From: Candidatus Zhuqueibacterota bacterium
GTDB taxonomy: Bacteria > Zhuqueibacterota > Zhuqueibacteria > Residuimicrobiales > Krinioviventaceae
Reading direction: 5' to 3'
Assembly: GCA_034521575.1 (NCBI GenBank)
Contig: JAXHMJ010000002.1
Span: 30,706 to 94,705 of the forward strand
DNA: 64,000 nt
Each line of letters starts with the position of its first letter. Within the stretch, counting starts at the first letter, position 1. Positions 10,003 through 18,605 of the stretch are shown here, one piece after another. The notes under the pieces are model-generated. The model was not told the DNA's origin, did not search any database, and was given only the letters and a program-made list of their open reading frames with translations. Position numbers and translations under genes: made by a program.

Positions 10003-12033
10003 ATGGCTGTTGTCTGGACCATAGAAGAAAAATGCCGGCGCTGCTATTCCTGCGTCCGGGAATGTCCGGCCAAGGCGATCAAGGTTGAACACGGTCAGGC
10101 CAAAGTGATCGAGAACCGATGCCTGGGATGCGGACATTGTGTAAATGTGTGCTCTCAGGGTGCCAAAGAAGTGCTGAACGGCACCCGGGAGGTCATGCAT
10201 TACCTAAAATCGGACAGCGTGATTGCCATGCTGGCGCCGTCGTTTCCGGCTGTTTATCCGGATCTGGATACCCAACAGCTCGTCGGCGCCCTGCGCGCCT
10301 GCGGGTTTGATAAAGTCGTTGAAGTGGCATTCGGCGCGGATCTGGTCAACAAGGCGTATTTGCATCTGCTAAAAGCCCCTGATGATCCGGATATCGAAAC
10401 AATGCTGCCGGTGATTGCATCGTCGTGTCCGGCGATTTTTTCCTATGTTCAGAAATATATACCGGAGCTGGTACCGCATATTGCCCGCATTGTATCGCCG
10501 ATGGTGGCCATGGGACGCGCAGTGAATTATTTATATGGTCAGGACAAACGGGTGGTTTTCATCGGACCCTGCACGGCTAAAAAAGTTGAAATACAGGATG
10601 AACAGGTCAGTGATTCCGTGGATATGGTGCTGACCTTTGCCGAGCTGAACGATCTGTTTCAGTATTATCAAATTGATTTTGATGCTGTTGCCCCCCGGCC
10701 TCTGGATCCGCCGCATGCGTATCTGGGACGCCTGTATCCGGTGTCAGGCGGTTTTCTGCGCAGCGCCGGACTGCCTACGGATCTGATGAATGATGATATT
10801 GTGTTAACCGAGGGCAAAAACCGGGTTCTCAATTTGCTGGATCTGGTGAAGAAAAAGGAAATCGACGCCAAGCTTATTGATGTGCTGTTTTGTGAAGGCT
10901 GTATCAGCGGTCCGTTTTCCAATAAAAGTGAAAATTATTTTGACAGCAAGCGCAACATTGTGCGCTATACCGAGAACCGGCGCAACCAGGCCGATTATCC
11001 GGCCTGGCGGGAAACAATCGAAGACTGTTTGTCCCACGTAAATCTATATCGTTCTTTTAAAGCAGAATCGGTCAATAACCCCGAGCCGACGGAAGAAGAG
11101 ATTTCTGAAATTCTGGCGCGCATTGATAAACATGAAAAATCCGACGAGCTGAACTGCGGCGCCTGCGGCTATTCTTCATGCCGCGAACACGCGGTTGCGG
11201 TTTATCAGGGACTGGCCGAAGCGGATATGTGTCTGCCATTTCTTATCGACAAGATGGAACATATGAAAAATAAACTGCAGGCCTCTCTGGACAAGCTTGC
11301 GACCACGCAGGAGCAGTTGATTCAACATGAAAAACTGGCGTCAATCGGACAGCTGGCGGCCGGAGTCGCGCATGAAGTCAATAATCCGCTCGGTTCAATC
11401 CTGCTGTACGCGCATCTGGTCAAACAGCGAATGGATCAGGCTGAGGACGATGCAAAAGATCTGAGCTTTATTATCGAGGAAGCCAAACGCTGTCAGAACA
11501 TTGTATCCGGTCTGCTTGATTTTTCACGACAGGGACAGCTTACACTCAAACAGAATCATGTACCGGATATTATTTTGAAAATGATTGAGGTGGTCAAAGA
11601 ACAGCCCGAGTTTAAGCATGTCCGAATTCATACGGAATTTGCTGATGATCTGCCCGAGATTTATGTTGATGAGGATCAGCTGTATCAGGTGTTTTTGAAT
11701 ATCACCATGAATGCGGCTGAAGCTATGCCGGAGGGAGGAGACCTGACCATCAAGGCATTTTTGGATGATGACACCAACAAGATGCGCATCACATTCACGG
11801 ACACCGGTGTTGGAATCTCCAAAGACAATCAGAGCAAGGTGTTTACCCCCTTTTTCACCACAAAACAGATCGGCAAGGGAACCGGCCTGGGTCTGGCGAT
11901 CGCCTATGGTATATTAAAAATGCATAAAGGCAATATTCGTGTTAAAAGCGAGGTTGATAAAGGATCTACCTTTATTGTTGATATTCCCCTCGCTTCTAAT
12001 CAAACCATAACCAAAAAGGAGCAAGATGACTAA
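10003..12033 (+). CDS. HydS-like sensory [FeFe]-hydrogenase domain fused to a histidine kinase transmitter (2x[4Fe-4S] ferredoxin + H-domain + Cx2Cx4Cx16C + HisKA + HATPase_c)
   Basis: Ferredoxin motifs CRRCYSCVRECP and CLGCGHCVNVC. H-cluster-like motifs SSCP (L1 with first Cys to Ser), GPCTAKKVE (L2), FCEGCISGP (L3 variant). CGACGYSSC-x16-C. H-box HEVNNPLG. N/G boxes NITMNAAEAM, DTGVGI, GKGTGLGLAIAYG. Start is 10 nt after the hydA stop. Confidence 0.85.
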   Translation: MAVVWTIEEKCRRCYSCVRECPAKAIKVEHGQAKVIENRCLGCGHCVNVCSQGAKEVLNGTREVMHYLKSDSVIAMLAPSFPAVYPDLDTQQLVGALRACGFDKVVEVAFGADLVNKAYLHLLKAPDDPDIETMLPVIASSCPAIFSYVQKYIPELVPHIARIVSPMVAMGRAVNYLYGQDKRVVFIGPCTAKKVEIQDEQVSDSVDMVLTFAELNDLFQYYQIDFDAVAPRPLDPPHAYLGRLYPVSGGFLRSAGLPTDLMNDDIVLTEGKNRVLNLLDLVKKKEIDAKLIDVLFCEGCISGPFSNKSENYFDSKRNIVRYTENRRNQADYPAWRETIEDCLSHVNLYRSFKAESVNNPEPTEEEISEILARIDKHEKSDELNCGACGYSSCREHAVAVYQGLAEADMCLPFLIDKMEHMKNKLQASLDKLATTQEQLIQHEKLASIGQLAAGVAHEVNNPLGSILLYAHLVKQRMDQAEDDAKDLSFIIEEAKRCQNIVSGLLDFSRQGQLTLKQNHVPDIILKMIEVVKEQPEFKHVRIHTEFADDLPEIYVDEDQLYQVFLNITMNAAEAMPEGGDLTIKAFLDDDTNKMRITFTDTGVGISKDNQSKVFTPFFTTKQIGKGTGLGLAIAYGILKMHKGNIRVKSEVDKGSTFIVDIPLASNQTITKKEQDD

Positions 12034-12412
12034 CCATATTTTACTGATCGATGACGACGTCGATTTTGTGGAAATGAATAAAACCTTTTTGGAAACCAAA
12101 GGGTATACGGTAGATACCGCATACAATGGAACCGAAGGGGTGGAGCGCGTCAAAGAATCCGCGCCGAACTTGATCGTTCTGGATGTTATGATGGATCAGG
12201 TGGGGGAAGGATTTGAAGTGGCGCGGACTCTGAAACAGGATGAACAGTATAAACACATTCCCATCATCATGCTCACATCCGTAAACAAGGAACATGGATT
12301 TGATCTGACGGTGGGTGCGGACGAACAATGGAATCCTGTCGATTGCTTTTTAGAGAAACCATTGTCGCCTCAGGATTTATTAGCAAAAGTCAGAGAATTT
12401 TTGTCGGAATAA
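12026..12412 (+). CDS. stand-alone response-regulator receiver (CheY-like, no output domain)
   Basis: LLIDDDVDF...LIVLDVMMD...LTS...K: the Asp pocket and phospho-Asp are conserved. The gene overlaps the sensor-kinase stop. Confidence 0.85.
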   Translation: MTNHILLIDDDVDFVEMNKTFLETKGYTVDTAYNGTEGVERVKESAPNLIVLDVMMDQVGEGFEVARTLKQDEQYKHIPIIMLTSVNKEHGFDLTVGADEQWNPVDCFLEKPLSPQDLLAKVREFLSE

Positions 12413-12430
12413 ACAGGATAGGGAAACAGA

Positions 12431-12823
12431 ATGAACGATAAAGTACTTTTGGTAGATGATGATGTCGATCTGATTGAACAATATACACCGGTTCTGGAGC
12501 AGGCCGGTTATCAGGTAAAAGGCGCCTATGACAGCAAAGAAGGCCTGGAGGCATTTGAAGCATTTAAACCGGATGTGGTTTTTGTTGATCTGGCCATGGA
12601 GCAGTTTGATTCCGGGTTTGTGCTTTGCCAAAAGCTGAAAAAAACGCAAAAAGGTGCAGACACGCCGGTGATTATCATGACCTCAGCCGGTCACGAAACC
12701 GGTATTCGCTTTTCCACGGATACGGCGGAGGAGAAAAAATGGATCCGCGCGGATGATTATCTGGAAAAACCGGTTGCGCCCCGCGATCTGGTGCAATATC
12801 TGAATGAAAAAATCTTTAAATGA
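12431..12823 (+). CDS. stand-alone response-regulator receiver (second copy, no output domain)
   Basis: VLLVDDDVDL...VVFVDLAME...MTS...K. 130 aa. Confidence 0.85.
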   Translation: MNDKVLLVDDDVDLIEQYTPVLEQAGYQVKGAYDSKEGLEAFEAFKPDVVFVDLAMEQFDSGFVLCQKLKKTQKGADTPVIIMTSAGHETGIRFSTDTAEEKKWIRADDYLEKPVAPRDLVQYLNEKIFK

Positions 12824-14301
12824 AAATTAAAAACGCCGACATATTGGTTGTGGATGATGAACGCGGTATGCGGGAAGGGATTCAGAGACTGCTGGGCCTG
12901 AAAGGCCTGAATGTGGATACGGCCGAGAGTGGCAGTGAAGGGATTGAAAAAGGCATTTCAAAAGAATATGACCTGTATTTCATTGATCTGAAAATTCCGG
13001 ATATTGAAGGCACCCAGGTGCTGCGTGAGATCAAGCTGGCCTATCCTGAAGCGATTTGTGTGATCCTGACCGCTTATGCGTCCATTGAAACCGCCATTGA
13101 AACCACTCAGCTCGGCGCTTATCAATATATTCCCAAACCGTTTGATCCGGAAGAGCTGCAGAATCTGGTCAACCGGGCGCTCGAAAAACGCTGGTACGTG
13201 CTGGAAGCGCGTCAGCTGCGTGAAGAGCGCGAAAAACGTCTTTTGGAACTGCAGCATGAACAATCGCGGGTCCGCAGTATCGTCAATGCTTTGGATGACG
13301 GGGTGGTGGTGATCAATGTGGACGGCCAGGTGGTGTTTCACAACTCGAGTTTTTTAAAGATGCTCAATGTGCCCAATGATTTTCAGACCGGTGAACAGGT
13401 TTGGGATATTGTGCCGGGAGAACTGCATGACCAGATCAAGGAGGTCATGGCGCAGCAGGATGATTTTCGCGCCATCAAACAGGAAATCACCATCAAACCG
13501 CCGGCTGAACTGGTGCTGATGGCCAACACGACGCCCATTGTTGATACGGATCATGAACTCATCGGTGTGGTATCGGTTTTACGCGATATTTCGGAACTCA
13601 AAAAACTGGACATTTTGAAATCCCAGTTTGTGAATATGGCAGCCCATGAACTCAAGGCGCCCCTGGCTGCCGTTCAGGGATACCTTGATTTGATCATTGA
13701 TCGTTCCCTCGGAGACAATCTTGACAGCTATCAGACCTACCTGGAGCGCTCCCACGACCGCCTCGAAGCTCTTATTTCCATGATCAATGATCTTTTGAAT
13801 ATTTCCAGAATGGAAGCCGGCAAAGTCAGACGTGAAATTGAACAAGTCGATCTGGCCGGTTTGCTTAAAGATAAAATTGAACTGTTTACAAAAGAAATAA
13901 AGCAGAAAAATTTACAACTTGATATTCGTCTGCAGAAAGATTTCATGGTGAAATGCGATCGCGAAGAAATAGAACGCGTTTTTAACAATCTGATCAGCAA
14001 TGCCGTCAAATATAATAAAGAAAACGGTACAATATCGATCAAAGCAGGTAAAGACGGACACTATGCCAAAGTCAGTGTCAGTGATACCGGAATCGGTTTG
14101 CAGCCTGATGAAAAGGACCGGCTGTTTGAAGAATTTTATCGGGCTAAAAACAAGTTTACACGAAAAATCACCGGTACCGGACTGGGTTTGTCTATTGTCA
14201 AACGTATTATAGACGCCAACGCCGGAAAAATCATTGTCGAAAGTGAATTTGAAAAAGGAACAACCTTTACCGTCTTTTTGCCACTGGAAACTGAATACTA
14301 G
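12820..14301 (+). CDS. hybrid sensor kinase: N-terminal REC + PAS + HisKA + HATPase_c
   Basis: REC (ILVVDDERGM...LYFIDLKIPD), PAS-like segment (VVVINVDGQVVFHNSSFLKM), H-box AAHELKAPL, N box NLISNAVKYN, G boxes DTGIGL/GTGLGLSIV. Overlaps the upstream REC stop (ATGA). Confidence 0.85.
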   Translation: MKIKNADILVVDDERGMREGIQRLLGLKGLNVDTAESGSEGIEKGISKEYDLYFIDLKIPDIEGTQVLREIKLAYPEAICVILTAYASIETAIETTQLGAYQYIPKPFDPEELQNLVNRALEKRWYVLEARQLREEREKRLLELQHEQSRVRSIVNALDDGVVVINVDGQVVFHNSSFLKMLNVPNDFQTGEQVWDIVPGELHDQIKEVMAQQDDFRAIKQEITIKPPAELVLMANTTPIVDTDHELIGVVSVLRDISELKKLDILKSQFVNMAAHELKAPLAAVQGYLDLIIDRSLGDNLDSYQTYLERSHDRLEALISMINDLLNISRMEAGKVRREIEQVDLAGLLKDKIELFTKEIKQKNLQLDIRLQKDFMVKCDREEIERVFNNLISNAVKYNKENGTISIKAGKDGHYAKVSVSDTGIGLQPDEKDRLFEEFYRAKNKFTRKITGTGLGLSIVKRIIDANAGKIIVESEFEKGTTFTVFLPLETEY

Positions 14302-14350
14302 AGCGGCATAACACTGCCGCGACAGAGGTCAACCAACGGAGGACATCTGT

Positions 14351-14692
14351 ATGAAGCTGTCAGAGATTGCTCAGGCTCTCGGTCTGGACATAATCAGCGG
14401 TGAATCGAATCTGGACAAACAAGTGGAATATGGCTATTTGTCTGATATTCTCAGTGATGTGATGTCCAGGGCGCCTAAAGCAGCGATCTGGATCACCAAT
14501 CAAACCCATGAAAATATCCTGGCCCTGGTCTTCTTCAAGGGACTGGCCGGGGTGATCCTGCCGGAAAACATGTCTCTGGAAGAGGCGTCGATTAAAAAAG
14601 CGGAAGAGAAAAATATACCGGTGTTTCGAAGCAATTTGACGGCATTCGATATCGCCGGTCGATTGTACGAGCTGGGTATACGAGGTCAATAA
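14351..14692 (+). CDS. DRTGG-domain protein (hydrogenase-associated small regulator)
   Basis: 113 aa. Sequence LSDILSDVMS...NILALVFFKGLAGVIL is typical of the DRTGG/CBS-associated domain found next to HydABC operons. Confidence 0.6.
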   Translation: MKLSEIAQALGLDIISGESNLDKQVEYGYLSDILSDVMSRAPKAAIWITNQTHENILALVFFKGLAGVILPENMSLEEASIKKAEEKNIPVFRSNLTAFDIAGRLYELGIRGQ

Positions 14693-15444
14693 TGCTCAGT
14701 TGGTACAAAGCGGATTTGCATATCCATACGGTGCTTTCGGCCTGTGCTGAACTCAGCATGGGACCGAAAGATATTGTCCGTAAGAGCCTTGAACAGGGAC
14801 TGGATATCATCGCGATCACCGATCATAATTCCGCTGAAAATATCACGGCCGTCATCAAAGCCGCGGAATCGACCGATTTGCTGGTGCTTCCCGGTATGGA
14901 AGTGTACAGCCGCGACGAGGCGCATATTGTCTGTCTGTTTGAAACCCTGGGTGATGTGCTTGCGTTTCAGCGTATCATCTATGCGGCAGTGGCTGAAGGC
15001 AAATATGATTCAAGTATGTTCGGCGAGCAGATTCTTTGTGATGCGAATGAAAATGTACTCGGTGAAAGCGATCGGCTTTTATCGCTGCCGGTGAATCTGA
15101 ATCTGGATCAGATTGCGGATTATATTGCAGAGTTTAACGGCATTATGATTCCGGCGCATGTGGACCGGCGGTCTCACAGCATCTTGCGGGTGCTGAGTTT
15201 TATGCCGAATAATCTTCCGATTTACGCAATGGAGATCGCGCATTCGTATGAAAAGGCGTGCAAATCTTTCAGTATATTAAAGAACGGCAAGTATTCGGTG
15301 ATCCGCTCTTCGGATGCGCATGATATTGATCAGATTGGCCAAAAGTTTACGTATTTCAAGCTAAAAGAAAAGTCGTTCAGCGAGATACGCAAGGCCCTGC
15401 GTCAGGTGGACGGACGAATGGCATCACTGGACAAGGTGAACTGA
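14692..15444 (+). CDS. PHP-domain (polymerase/histidinol-phosphatase-like) metal-dependent phosphoesterase
   Basis: ADLHIHTVLS...IAITDHNS...HVDRR His/Asp metal-binding motifs. Start overlaps the DRTGG stop (TAATG). Confidence 0.75.
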   Translation: MLSWYKADLHIHTVLSACAELSMGPKDIVRKSLEQGLDIIAITDHNSAENITAVIKAAESTDLLVLPGMEVYSRDEAHIVCLFETLGDVLAFQRIIYAAVAEGKYDSSMFGEQILCDANENVLGESDRLLSLPVNLNLDQIADYIAEFNGIMIPAHVDRRSHSILRVLSFMPNNLPIYAMEIAHSYEKACKSFSILKNGKYSVIRSSDAHDIDQIGQKFTYFKLKEKSFSEIRKALRQVDGRMASLDKVN

Positions 15445-15992
15445 TGCGCGAACTGTCGCTGAACATACTGGATATCATCACCAATTCCATCGAAGCGGAG
15501 GCAAACCGTGTGATTCTGCATATTGATGAAGACAAGGTGGAAAATCGTCTGACTTTTCGGATTCGGGACAACGGCCGCGGCATGAGTCAGGAATTTGTCC
15601 GGCAGGTGATGGATCCGTTTGTCACATCGCGCACCACGCGTCCGGTGGGCATGGGCCTGTCACTGTTGCACCAGCTGGCGCGGCAGGCGCGCGGAGACCT
15701 TGATATTCGATCAGAACTCGGTCAGGGTACGGAGGTCAGTACCTATTTGCGACTGCATTGCCTCAATCGACCGCCTCTGGGTGATGTGGGCGGGACGATT
15801 GTCAATCTGGTGATCAGCAATCTGGATGTGCATTTTATGTACATCCACACAACAGACTATGGACGGCTCTGGTTTGATTCTTACTGGATACTGGCGCGGG
15901 CGGCGGAACAGGATAAAACGCTTTACGATATGATTCATCCGTCTTTGGAACATATCAAAAGCCGGTTGAAAGACATTAATTCGAAAGCATAA
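15444..15992 (+). CDS. GHKL/HATPase_c-type ATP-binding protein (anti-sigma-factor / Ser-kinase-like)
   Basis: NILDIITNSIEA (N-box-like), RIRDNGRGM (G1), GMGLSLL (G2). Overlaps the PHP stop (CTGATG). Confidence 0.7.
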   Translation: MRELSLNILDIITNSIEAEANRVILHIDEDKVENRLTFRIRDNGRGMSQEFVRQVMDPFVTSRTTRPVGMGLSLLHQLARQARGDLDIRSELGQGTEVSTYLRLHCLNRPPLGDVGGTIVNLVISNLDVHFMYIHTTDYGRLWFDSYWILARAAEQDKTLYDMIHPSLEHIKSRLKDINSKA

Positions 15993-16010
15993 AATGAGAG
16001 AATAACAGGT

Positions 16011-16033
16011 TCCCGGGTGAATCCGGGATTTTA
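16011..16033 (+). terminator. weak hairpin (CCCGG-gtgaat-CCGGG) followed by ATTTT, between the HATPase gene and hndB
   Basis: 5-bp GC stem plus a short T-tract. Possible attenuator/terminator separating the regulatory genes from hydrogenase operon 2. Confidence 0.3.
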
Positions 16034-16064
16034 GAATGGAAACCAAAGACAAGGAGGTCCAGAA

Positions 16065-16427
16065 GTGAAAACACTTGCAGATCTTCGCGCGGTCAAAGAA
16101 CAAGCCAAAAAAGAAATGGCCGCTCGTGAAAAAACAGCAAAGTACCGTGTCTGTGTCGGCATGGGCACATGCGGTATTGCAGCAGGCGCCCGGGATGTGA
16201 TGAGCGCGCTGCTGGACGAAATCAGTAAACGAGGTGTTGAAGACGCGGTGGTCACGCAGACGGGCTGCCAGGGATACTGTGATCAGGAACCGCTGGTACA
16301 GGTGACTCAGCCGGATAAAACTGTCATTTCCTACGGCAAAGTGACGCCCCAGAGCGCCCGTGATATTGTGGCGCAGCATATCATAGAGGGTAACGTGCTC
16401 TCTGATCTGGTGTTTAAACAGGATTAA
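16065..16427 (+). CDS. hndB: HndB-like small thioredoxin-like [2Fe-2S] ferredoxin subunit, operon 2
   Basis: VCVGMGTCGIAAGA...CQGYCDQEP. GTG start after an AAGGAGG RBS. Confidence 0.8.
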   Translation: MKTLADLRAVKEQAKKEMAAREKTAKYRVCVGMGTCGIAAGARDVMSALLDEISKRGVEDAVVTQTGCQGYCDQEPLVQVTQPDKTVISYGKVTPQSARDIVAQHIIEGNVLSDLVFKQD

Positions 16428-16474
16428 GAAGAACAAATCAAGACGTGTATACGCGTTAAACAAGGAGGTTATCA

Positions 16475-16951
16475 ATGCAGAACTTGGATCGAGTGGATGC
16501 GATCGTGAAAAATTATAACGATATGAAAACACCACTCATTTACATTCTCAAGGATGTTCAGAAAGAATACGGATTTCTCTCTGAGGATATTCTGACGCGG
16601 GTCGCACAGAGAACCGATATCCCTCTGAGCAATATCTATGGTGTTGCGACATTTTACAGTCTCTTCACCACAGAAGAAAAGGGCAAATATATCGTTCGCT
16701 GCTGCAACAATGCCCCCTGTCATGTCAAAGGTTCAAAAGATGTTCTGGATGCAATCCAGAATTATCTCGGTGTGCAGGTCAATGAGACCTCACTGGACAA
16801 GACATTTACTCTGGAATTTACCAGCTGTCTCGGATTGTGTGCGGTTGCTCCCGTCATGATGATCAATGACGAGGTATATGGTAATCTGACTCCGGAAAAA
16901 GCAGTGTCAATTTTGAAAGATTATAAAATGAAAGGGCTGTCGAATGCATAG
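16475..16951 (+). CDS. hndA: NuoE-like [2Fe-2S] subunit (HndA/HydC family), operon 2
   Basis: CCNNAPCHVKG...CLGLCAVAPV. Paralogous to 5802..6257. Confidence 0.88.
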   Translation: MQNLDRVDAIVKNYNDMKTPLIYILKDVQKEYGFLSEDILTRVAQRTDIPLSNIYGVATFYSLFTTEEKGKYIVRCCNNAPCHVKGSKDVLDAIQNYLGVQVNETSLDKTFTLEFTSCLGLCAVAPVMMINDEVYGNLTPEKAVSILKDYKMKGLSNA

Positions 16952-18546
16952 ATCACATATACTCATCGCAATGGACGCTCACACGATAGCCCAGGGTGCC
17001 CGTGCCGTCAAGGAGGCTCTCGTGCGTGAGCTTGAAATGGCAAATCTCGGCAATGAGGTCAAGGTTGTTGAAACCGGCAGTCTGGGAATTTACAACAAGG
17101 GCGTGGTTCTGGTTGTGTTTCCGGATGCGGTTTACTATGCCGGTGTCAAGGTGGAAGATGTATCCGAGATTATTTCCGAGCACATTATCAAAGGGCGCAT
17201 TGTCGAACGTCTGCGCTATACCGACGTACCCGAATACAAAGAAGGCGAACAGGGCGAAGCCCCGCGCTTTGGCAAACAGATACGCGTTGTGTTGAAGAAC
17301 GCCGGCAATATTGATCCGGAAAGCATTCAGGAATATATCGCGAATGACGGTTATGAAGCGCTGGGACGTGCATTGACCGAGATGAAACCCGGTGAGGTGC
17401 TGGAAACCGTGAAAAACAGTGAACTGCTGGGACGCGGCGGCGCGTTTTTTCCCACTGGATTGAAATGGAGTTTTGCCGCAGCTGAAAAAAACACGCCCAA
17501 ATATATTGTCTGTAACGCCGATGAAGGCGAACCCGGCACATTTAAAGACCGGTTGATCCTGGAAGGCGATCCGCACCTCATTTTAGAGGGTATGGCACTG
17601 TCCGGATACGCGGTCGGCGCATCCATGGGCTATATTTACATTCGCGGTGAATATAAAATGTCCATTGAACGCATCAACCGCGCCATTGAACAGGCGCGTG
17701 AAAACGGATTGTTGGGCGAAAACCTGTTCGATTCGGATTTTTCTTTTGATATTGAGGTGCGTGAAGGCGCAGGCGCCTATATCTGCGGTGAGGAAACCGC
17801 TTTGATTGAATCGATCGAAGGCAAACGCGGTGAACCGCGTGATAAACCGCCGTTTCCGCCGTCAGAAGGTCTGTGGGGTAAACCCACAATCGTCAATAAT
17901 GTGGAAACTCTGGCCAATATTCCGCCGATTCTGCGCAATGGTCCGGACTGGTTCAAGAAAATGGGAACCGAGAAAAGCCGCGGCACCAAGGTGTTTACCA
18001 TGGTCGGCAATATCAACAATCCCGGATTGATCGAAGTGCCCATGGGCATCACGCTTCGTGAAATCATTTACGATATCGGACATGGCATTCCCAACGGCAA
18101 GGGCTTTAAACTGGCTCAGATGGGCGGCACCACCGGTGGTATTCTGACGGAAGAACACCTGGACATGCCCATGACGGTTGAAAATCTGCGCAGTGTCGGA
18201 GCCGGTCTGGGTTCGGGCGCTCTGCTGGTGGTTGATGAGTCTCAGGATGTGGTTGATCTGGTTCGCAATTTTGTTGAATTTTTCAACCATGAATCCTGCG
18301 GCAAATGTACACTGTGCCGTGAAGGCAACGGTCGACTGCTGCAGCTGCTGGATAAAATCCTGGACGGTCAGGGAACCGTTAAAGATATTGAATTGATGCA
18401 AGAATTTGGCACAGACCATGATGAAAGGCGCGTTCTGCGGCCTGGGTCAGGCCGCTCCCATTCCCGTGCTGGGATGTCTGAACCATTTCAGGAAAGATTT
18501 TCTGGCGGTTGTCCAAACCGCAGCGTCTGAAATTGAAGCTGCCTGA
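16944..18546 (+). CDS. hndC: NuoF-like flavoprotein subunit (HndC/HydB family), operon 2. An apparent 1-nt indel near 18405-18417 moves the last ~40 aa into another frame. It has no fused N-terminal HndB domain and no C-terminal ferredoxin tail.
   Basis: GRGGAFFPTGLKW, HESCGKCTLCREG. Then TMMKGAFCGLGQAAPIPV...AASEIEAA in frame +1, matching the NTSLCGLGQTAANPV tail of the paralog. Confidence 0.85.
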
Positions 18547-18605
18547 GGTCTGTGAAGCAATGTTGAACTGGAACTGTGATAATCATGAATAAACGGAGGT
18601 GTCCT

